Shown: piece after piece, positions 56,937 to 64,000 of the stretch
How positions within the stretch are numbered: position 1 is the first letter of the stretch
Layout: every line of letters starts with the position of its first letter
From: Amoebidium appalachense
Taxonomy: Eukaryota > Protista > Ichthyosporea
Assembly (NCBI GenBank): GCA_963693365.1
Contig: CAVNZM010000015.1
Location: 3,851,502 to 3,915,501, forward strand
Direction of reading: 5' to 3'
DNA length: 64,000 nt
The notes under the pieces: model-generated
Told to the model about the DNA's origin: nothing
The model's database searches: none
The model's input: only the letters and a program-made list of their open reading frames with translations
Translations under genes and position numbers: made by a program

Positions 56937-58230
56937 TCTAAGGGTATTTGCTTTGAGCGCCTTTTGACTTCGCGCATTTCCCGTGCGCGTGGTCGTTTAC
57001 ACATCTATCAAGGTATTTTCGCAAGTATTTCTAATGTCCATCCTGCATGCTAATCTGCTCACTCTTTATAAAGTTTTTCTTCGTCCATGTTTTTCCCAGT
57101 TGTGTCCTCCTATGACTATTTAGGTATTCCTTTCACCTCTAAGGGTATTTGCTTTGAGCGCCTTTTGACTTCGCGCATTTCCCGTGCGCGTGGTCGTTTT
57201 ACACATCTATCAAGGCATTTTCGCAAGTATTTCTAATGTCCATCTTGCTATAATCTGCTCACTCTTTATAAAGTTTTTCTTCGTCCATGTTTCGTTTATG
57301 GCCTCCCGTTACTCTTGTGTGCCCCTCCACGGCAACAGCGCGCGGCGCTTCGGGAATTCGATTCCTTTCAGCGTGAATTTATTCAGTTCATCTCTCGGAC
57401 CTCGCGTAGTAGGCATCCTCTGGCGGCTCCTTTGCTGAGTGTTTTTGGTCTCCCTCCGACGAGTCAGCGTATGAATGAGTTAGGCCTTCGCTTTTGTTTT
57501 CATTTGGTTAGGCTTCCTTCTTATCATCCTTTGTTGCAATTCTTTCCTTCTTTAGACCCTGTTCCCATTTCTAATGTTCGTGCAAAATGTCCTGCACCCA
57601 ATCTATCTCCCATTCAGAGATATCCTTTTTTTTTTTAATATTTGTCTCCTTTATTGTTCTCTTCCCCTATTTATCAGCAGTATGTTACTTGGTTTCATAC
57701 TCAATATCCTTTGCTTCATCGTTGTGATAAAGAGTATCATGGTAGGACTCTTGAGCCTGTGCTTCTTTGTATATTAGAGACTCGTCTATTTTCTCTACAA
57801 TCGTTATGTAAATTAGCTACTTATATTCATCCGAAGCTTCCTCTCGTAAACCTACCACACTTGCCGATTTTGCCATTCTAACCCCTTCGTGTGATATTGC
57901 TTGGAAATGTTTATTGTGGAGTTGTAACCTTAGTTTCCATAAATGTTTGTGTCACTTTTGTGCAGAACCTTTGTCTCGCAAACATCTAGATAAGTGTATT
58001 TATTTATCTCAGATTCTTCCGTTAGAAATTCGAAGACTAGCTATATATTTAGGTATTACTTCTATTGACTATCTGTTAAACCACCGCGTATGTACATTTT
58101 TTTCTTTTGACTGGATTTATTCGACGTGTTTAACGTGTTTTCTAGGGTGTATGATTATTTGAGTCGTTATCTCCTCCGTATCCGTGAGTAGGGGTTTTTG
58201 TATTTTCTTCTCTGAGATATCTGTGATATC
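56937..58230 (+). pseudogene. 5'-truncated, frameshifted LINE ORF2 3' fragment, related to but distinct from the intact LINE
   Basis: YDYLGIPFTSKGICF...RISRARGR (~57111) aligns with YKYLGVPVDSVGVMF...RVELARKR. LSVFGLPPTSQRMNELGLRF...PSYHPLL aligns with LSIYGLVPIAARVSYLALKF...PSHPLF. It also has CHFCAEPLSRKHLDKC and IDYLLNH, with stops and frameshifts. Confidence 0.85.
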
Positions 58231-58809
58231 TCCGGGGGTCTACACACTTTTTATTGCGTGGACACTGCCGGAGGCCCAGCCACATTCGACGGCCTACTGC
58301 GTTTTCCAGCGCAGCCAATCAAATGCAGCCCGTGACATATGTACATGCTAGGCAACAATGAGCGCCATCGGAGTATATGACACCCCTATTACATATTATG
58401 GGTAAGCAGAGGCTAGCATCGGTAGCCCCGAAAGAAAGTTAAGGCACCGGATCACCTGCTTGCTTCTCTTTCATGAGCATATCATTAAAGTCATCATAAA
58501 AAAGGTTTTTTCAAACTGTGAAAGAGAGTTGGTGGTCCAAAAGTTCAGCGTATATACGGAAGCGTATTTCGGTAAGTACATTTGGTTATCAACACGGCTT
58601 CAAACACAGGCCTAAAAAAAAAAAAAATTGTTTTTTTTTTCTTCCACCACAGCGCCGGGATGGGTTCTGGTGATGGACGTGGTGAAGCGTGTGTGTGCAT
58701 GGAGGGGCACTGCATGGGGCAGGAGGAGGCGGGGCCCAGGGAGGGGGGGTTCACGACCGAGAATAATTTTTTTTTCTAATGACTTTATTGATATGCTCAG
58801 TAAAATAGA

Positions 58810-59110
58810 AGCCATCGAGATACCAGCGATATCTCGGAGAAGAAAATACAAAAGCCCTCACTCTCGGATACGGAGGAGATAACGACTTAAATAATCATTG
58901 TCTTCTCAGTATGCCGTGCATACTTGTCATATCTTTCCGTCGAATAAATCCAGTCAAAAGAAAAAAAATAATCATACACCTTAGAAAACTCATTAAACAT
59001 ACCGTGGTTCAACAGATAGTCAATAGACGTAATATCAGGATTATCTAAATAAGCCAGTCTTCTAATTTCTAACGGAATAATCTGAGATAAATAAATACAT
59101 CTATCTAAGT
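58810..59110 (-). mobile_element. Second LINE 3'-end fragment, inverted homologue of 57985-58230
   Basis: The reverse complement contains TATTTATTTATCTCAGATT.TTCCGTTAGAAATT.GAAGACT, CTATTGACTATCTGTT.AACCAC, TTTTCTTTTGACTGGATTTATTCGACG and GTCGTTATCTCCTCCGTATCCG, all shared with the + copy. Confidence 0.85.
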
Positions 59111-59837
59111 GATGTGATTATTATTTTATGATGGCTTTATTGATGTTTTCTTCGTCCAGATTTGCCCCCTCAGGCTTGATTCACACTTGATGAATTAACG
59201 TGTTTTCTGATGGAATGTTTTATGAAGGCACAGTCCACCCATGAAATATTTAGAAAATGTACTGATGTTTACATTCCAGTAATACCTATACGGGGATAAT
59301 CAATTCAAGAAGCGATTCGCCAAGATCAGAACACTGACGGTTGGAGTCTAGGGGATTTATCCCTAATAAATAAATCTGCCCCAGGAATTTTTTATGGCAG
59401 ATACGCACCCGACCCCCTCTTCCCTCTTTGAGCGGTACTCGACATACGACTATACGACTCTCGCGCCTCGTGATCATCGGGCCATCATTACCATACGGTT
59501 TCTTTACGTTCGACGTTACAGATACATACGGTCTGGGCTGCCTTATTTTGCGGTAAAGCCTTGCCAACAGGGACTTGCTCTGTGACTGTGAGCAGGTCTG
59601 GGGCCGTGCACTGGCCCGGTGTGACCTCTTGGCAACTAAACCAACGTTGCATTCGATTTGAGCTGAAACATTCGGGTCGCGAGTGACTCAGTGCTCCTAC
59701 TGTAGCCCTAGCAAACTTTTAAAAATGGCCAAGGCTCCGGAGAGGAGTCGAGTTGGCATGGGCGTGCTGAAAGGGAGCTCGAGCGGTGGCCGTCTGCTCC
59801 TTGCTGTTGGATGGTTGTGGCTGAACTTGGCATCGTG

Positions 59838-60442
59838 TGTCGTGGCAACAAACAGTGTGTATACAAACTACTCTAACTATCTGCACGCTTAAAGGGGCTC
59901 GAAACCGTGTATACGTATAAACTTTTCTTTGAGTTGGGTGGGAAGCGAGAAAACGAGTCCTCAGAAGAACTTCGAAAAGCCCGCGACCCCGCGAGACACT
60001 TCACAGACACGCGGCCCACTGGCCAGACAAATACCACAGTGACATTCAGCCAATCACAACACTCCCTCCCCCACAGACTACACGCACTCCACACCATTGG
60101 CTACCGCCACCTGAGACACCCCTACAGCACTACAACACGTACACACCTTTACTCACAATACATATAAGCATACACACACGCGAGCAGGCAACATGGGTCT
60201 CGCCAAGCACACAGCAAGAAGCAATACAACATATAACATGCAGAGTACGCAGAGGCATGGGGCATGCACGCGCGCACCAAACAATCAGCCGCCGCTGCAT
60301 CAGGTTCTCCCCATACCACTGATTAATCTCCTAATACCCCACTTAGACCCCGGCATCACTATGCAAGAAAACCCCCCGAAATTCACTCACCAAAACACGA
60401 AATATAGAAGCAAACTAATACGAATCAGCTCAGCACATGACA
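59838..60442 (-). repeat. 3' LTR (605 bp)
   Basis: TGTCGTG...CATGACA with imperfect inverted termini and canonical TG...CA ends. Confidence 0.95.
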
Positions 60443-60443
60443 A

Positions 60444-60453
60444 CTCCCCCCTC
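60444..60453 (-). other. Polypurine tract
   Basis: GAGGGGGGAG on the minus strand, one base before the TG of the 3' LTR; fixes the element orientation. Confidence 0.9.
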
Positions 60454-61400
60454 GCACAGAAAATAACTGAGTTCCACCTCAGTAAAAACTACCTAAAAAC
60501 AAAATAAAGTTATGTGCTGAGCGACTACAACTACCGCTACCCATGCAGGAAGCAACATTTAACATATAACATAAAACATATACATGCATCCACACACCAC
60601 CCCACCATGGTTAATACCCAACCCAACCCCAAAACAAGGATAATTATGAACCGCCACTGACGTTGCCCTGTAGATGCACCTCTGCCCCCGTCCACAACCT
60701 GCACCCAAAACCCCATGCCCCTGGCACAATGTTATATCGAGTGGAACATAGCAACAGACATGATAACAGACACCATCCATACAACCACACTCAGCATGCC
60801 CCATCCACAAAGAATTCCTAACACATTGTCCAAACATGCCATGACGAACACCTCCAGACTCATGTGACGTACACCTCCAGACTCTCTTGCTGGCCATTCC
60901 TCTACCCGACAAAGACTCCTACTACGTAGGTCCCGGTGGTTTGGGAATGCCTCCGCCCCAACCGTGCCCTACACAGCGGTGTGTCTAAGGCCTACTGCTG
61001 CACTGGGCACCACAACACTACTCAACAACACTACGGGCAGCCACTCCAAAGGGCCTCAACACCAGGCCCAGGGCAGCCACTCCAAGGGGCCTCAGCACCA
61101 GGCCCTTTGACGACGGGGGTTCACAACAGTGGGGGCCTGCCACTGCCATGACTACACTTCGACCCCCCCCCCCAGCCCCCTCGTCAGAGGGCCGAGCTCC
61201 CAGACAGCAGCAGGACTTTCTATTCCACTGACCCTAACCAGACACGTCGCCAACACAGGACTCATACACACGTCGAAAACGCCAGGCACCAGTAGAAAAC
61301 TCAGCGAAAAAAACACACCACACAACTCCCATACAACAACAACTTGAACAACCCAAGAGACGGCCTACCCCCTAATAAAACCTTCATACCTGCAACACGG

Positions 61401-62621
61401 TCACCGACGTCCCCCACGACGGGGCTGTTTGCACCACGCGTATGTGTGCCCCCGCTCCTTGCAGTTGTCGCAGGTGCCTGGGAAAGAGTCCGGCGCCGGC
61501 TCTTGCTGTCCCGCCCGACGACGCCAGCCTGGCCCATCATCCCGCTGTGGCCGTGGCTGGTAGGGCTGGTAGCGCCGTGGGGAGGGTGACCGCCGCCGGT
61601 CCCCTCTGAGGCCTCTGCCCTCCTCCCTCTCACGGTCCCGGTACCTGTCTCCTCTGTACCGGTCCCCCTCCTGGTCCTTCTCCTCCAGACGCTTGGTGAG
61701 CACAGCCACCTGCTTCAAGAGAGCAGTGAGTGTAGGCGTGTCCTGCCCAGCCCCATGCTTTACCTCCATAACCTCAGCAGCATGCTTATCCCTCATAGCC
61801 AGCTTACTCTCAAACTGCGCTAAAAACCGCCTCTTCACCGCCCTCCACGCCAAGTCTACCTCATGCTGCTCTTCATGCTGAGCAAACAGCTCACCAAACT
61901 GACTGCTATCTACAAACAGAGAGCGCGCAGCATGAAACTTTCCACGAGCATCATTCTCCAACCCAGCAAGAAACACAAGAGCACGAAAATTTTCTTCGAA
62001 CAGCTCAAAGTGGGTTCTAGCTTCGGTCACAGACATGGTGAGGGGGGGGTAAGTAAACTTAGCTTGTCTGAGATCAGCGTCAAACTCCCGTCGTCGTCCG
62101 TCGTCCAGGTACTTGGCCACCGCCCTGTCAAGCCACTCAAGCTCATTCTCGGGGCGCAAAACCTCAACCACGTCCCCGGAGCCGCCTGTAACAAGAGGCA
62201 CCTGTGCGTTGGCCGCTTCGTAGCGGGCGGCCAGCTGGAGTGCGGCCGGGTTGCGGGCTCCACCCGCCACTGTGCGGGCGTACGCAACTGTGCGCACAGA
62301 CGGCTCGTCGGTAGGCAGTTGTGTGCTTTCAAGCACTTTCTGGAACTCCAGCATTGAGGAGCCCACAGTGTTCATGATGAGTGTGGCCATCCTTCGAGGG
62401 GTTTGGACGTCCTTCCCCTCAGTGGCCTCTGCTGGGCAAACAGCCCTGAGCTTGCTAAGCCACCTAGGGAGGGCGAGGTCCTGAGCGAGGACTAAGTCCC
62501 CTGTGATACTAGTCCTACTGCTCATGTTGCCTAAGCCAACTGTTGCTAGCTGTAGGCCTGTGTGTGCGTATGTTTCTTCTACCTCTAACTGTCGAAAAAG
62601 TCCTAAGTCAAAGCCACTCAT
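61401..62621 (-). CDS. Retrotransposon Gag-like protein with CCHC zinc knuckle (406 aa from the ATG at 62621)
   Basis: CX2CX4HX4C knuckle CDNCKERGHTYAWC near the C-terminus, preceded by an Arg/Asp/Ser-rich stretch; lies between the LTRs. Confidence 0.88.
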   Translation of the reverse strand: MSGFDLGLFRQLEVEETYAHTGLQLATVGLGNMSSRTSITGDLVLAQDLALPRWLSKLRAVCPAEATEGKDVQTPRRMATLIMNTVGSSMLEFQKVLESTQLPTDEPSVRTVAYARTVAGGARNPAALQLAARYEAANAQVPLVTGGSGDVVEVLRPENELEWLDRAVAKYLDDGRRREFDADLRQAKFTYPPLTMSVTEARTHFELFEENFRALVFLAGLENDARGKFHAARSLFVDSSQFGELFAQHEEQHEVDLAWRAVKRRFLAQFESKLAMRDKHAAEVMEVKHGAGQDTPTLTALLKQVAVLTKRLEEKDQEGDRYRGDRYRDREREEGRGLRGDRRRSPSPRRYQPYQPRPQRDDGPGWRRRAGQQEPAPDSFPGTCDNCKERGHTYAWCKQPRRGGRR

Positions 62622-62726
62622 AACCGCTAGGCGTGAAGAGAAAAAAAAAAAAACTAGGGGTGAAAGCAACAGCCCAGAAGGACTAACAGTGCGTGTGCCC
62701 CCTCCCTGCAAAAAACTGCAGAGAAA

Positions 62727-62738
62727 GGGGGTGTAGCT
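62727..62738 (-). promoter_or_regulatory. Putative primer-binding site AGCTACACCCCC, complementary to nt 1-12 of tRNA-Ala
   Basis: The + strand reads GGGGGTGTAGCT immediately before the LTR edge at 62739; there is no TGG-type canonical PBS. Confidence 0.55.
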
Positions 62739-63342
62739 TGTCGTGGCAACAAACAGTGTGTATACAAACTACTCTAACTATCTGCACGCTTAAAGGGGCT
62801 CGAAACCGTGTATACGTATAAACTTTTCTTTGAGTTGGGTGGGAAGCGAGAAAACGAGTCCTCAGAAGAACTTCGAAAAGCCCGCGACCCCGCGAGACAC
62901 TTCACAGACACGCGGCCCACTGGCCAGACAAATACCACAGTGACATTCAGCCAATCACAACACTCCCTCCCCCACAGACTACACGCACTCCACACCATTG
63001 GCTACCGCCACCTGAGACACCCCTACAGCACTACAACACGTACACACCTTTACTCACAATACATATAAGCATACACACACGCGAGCAGGCAACATGGGTC
63101 TCGCCAAGCACACAGCAAGAAGCAATACAACATATAACATGCAGAGTACAAAGAGGCATGGGGCATGCACGCGCGCACCAAACAATCAGCCGCCGCTGCA
63201 TCAGGTTCTCCCCATACCACTGATTAATCTCCTAATACCCCACTTAGACCCCGGCATCACTATGCAAGAAAACCCCCGAAATTCACTCACCAAAACACGA
63301 AATATAGAAGCAAACTAATACGAATCAGCTCAGCACATGACC
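62739..63342 (-). repeat. 5' LTR (604 bp)
   Basis: By eye it differs from 59838-60442 only by GC>AA (~63150), one C in a homopolymer and the outermost base (CATGACC instead of CATGACA). Confidence 0.95.
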
Positions 63343-63892
63343 GTCAGTGCGTCAACGCACAAGTTAGTAAGTGACGACTGAAGCTTTTACTATGCGAGTC
63401 ATTGAATTTGTGGCAGTAGTGTACCACCACTACTGTATTCTCAGAAGCCTTTGCGGGGTGCCACATATTAATTTATTCATGTAATAGTATTATGTTTAAA
63501 ACGGATGTGACGAGCACATTGATCTGGGTTGGCCGTGTATGTTAGACAACGACACCCATGTCTCATTTTAATAAAATTAAATTTTTTTTAAGAGGCTTCT
63601 GTACAGCCTGGCAGTGATTTGGGTAGAGTCTGTACAGTTAATGATTTTTCTTCGGCATGGCACGGCACACCGCCACGCACACAGTCACACCAACACTGCA
63701 CACACAGTGTCACACGTGCATTTAGTCACACACCGTGACCCCCAAGCACGCACGCACACACACACACACACAAACCGTGACACACACACACATGCACACT
63801 CACACACGCGTGTGTGCGCGCACACACACACACACATACACACACAGAGAGAGAGAGAGAGTCACACAGTCACACACTGACACACACGCACG

Positions 63893-63965
<73 letters not shown>

Positions 63966-64000
63966 TGTGACACACACCGTGACACACACACTCACACCGG

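Larger units (their letters stand above)
59838..63342 (-). mobile_element. Non-autonomous Gag-only LTR retrotransposon (~3.5 kb), recent insertion
   Basis: Direct repeats of ~605 bp flank one gag ORF; a polypurine tract abuts the 3' LTR; no pol motifs seen in the ~950 bp after gag; no clean target-site duplication. Confidence 0.92.

Noticed and set aside
62720-62738. GAGAAAGGGGG read as a plus-strand PPT, implying the opposite element orientation
   Set aside because: It is 7 nt from the LTR, whereas gag and a classic LTR-adjacent PPT (60444-60453) are both on the minus strand.
59873-63318. Duplicated small ORFs (74, 86 and 104/74 aa)
   Set aside because: Incidental frames inside the two LTR copies.

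Overview
Eukaryotic genomic DNA from an intron-rich, extremely microsatellite-rich genome. The taxon cannot be fixed from this window; the gene content fits an opisthokont. I rebuilt two multi-exon minus-strand host genes by eye from GT-AG exons hidden among poly(G/C), (GT/CA)n and (GA/CT)n tracts: DPH6 (diphthine-ammonia ligase with C-terminal RidA-like domains, ~4.6-18.3 kb) and an SMG7/Est1-family NMD factor (~30.6-51.4 kb). Microsatellite-poor islands hold an intact two-ORF APE-RT LINE with a poly(A) tail, an intronless WOPR (Gti1/Pac2) transcription-factor gene, two degraded LINE 3' ends facing each other, and a young Gag-only LTR retrotransposon. At the left edge is an intronless coiled-coil ORF behind stacked tandem and inverted repeats. 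The most unusual signal is the LTR element's primer-binding position, which is complementary to the first 12 nt (5' end) of tRNA-Ala rather than to a tRNA 3' end. Most 5' splice sites are also followed closely by a poly(C) tract. Most ORF-track entries are microsatellite artefacts. Exon boundaries are hand-derived, and homopolymer assembly errors are evident.
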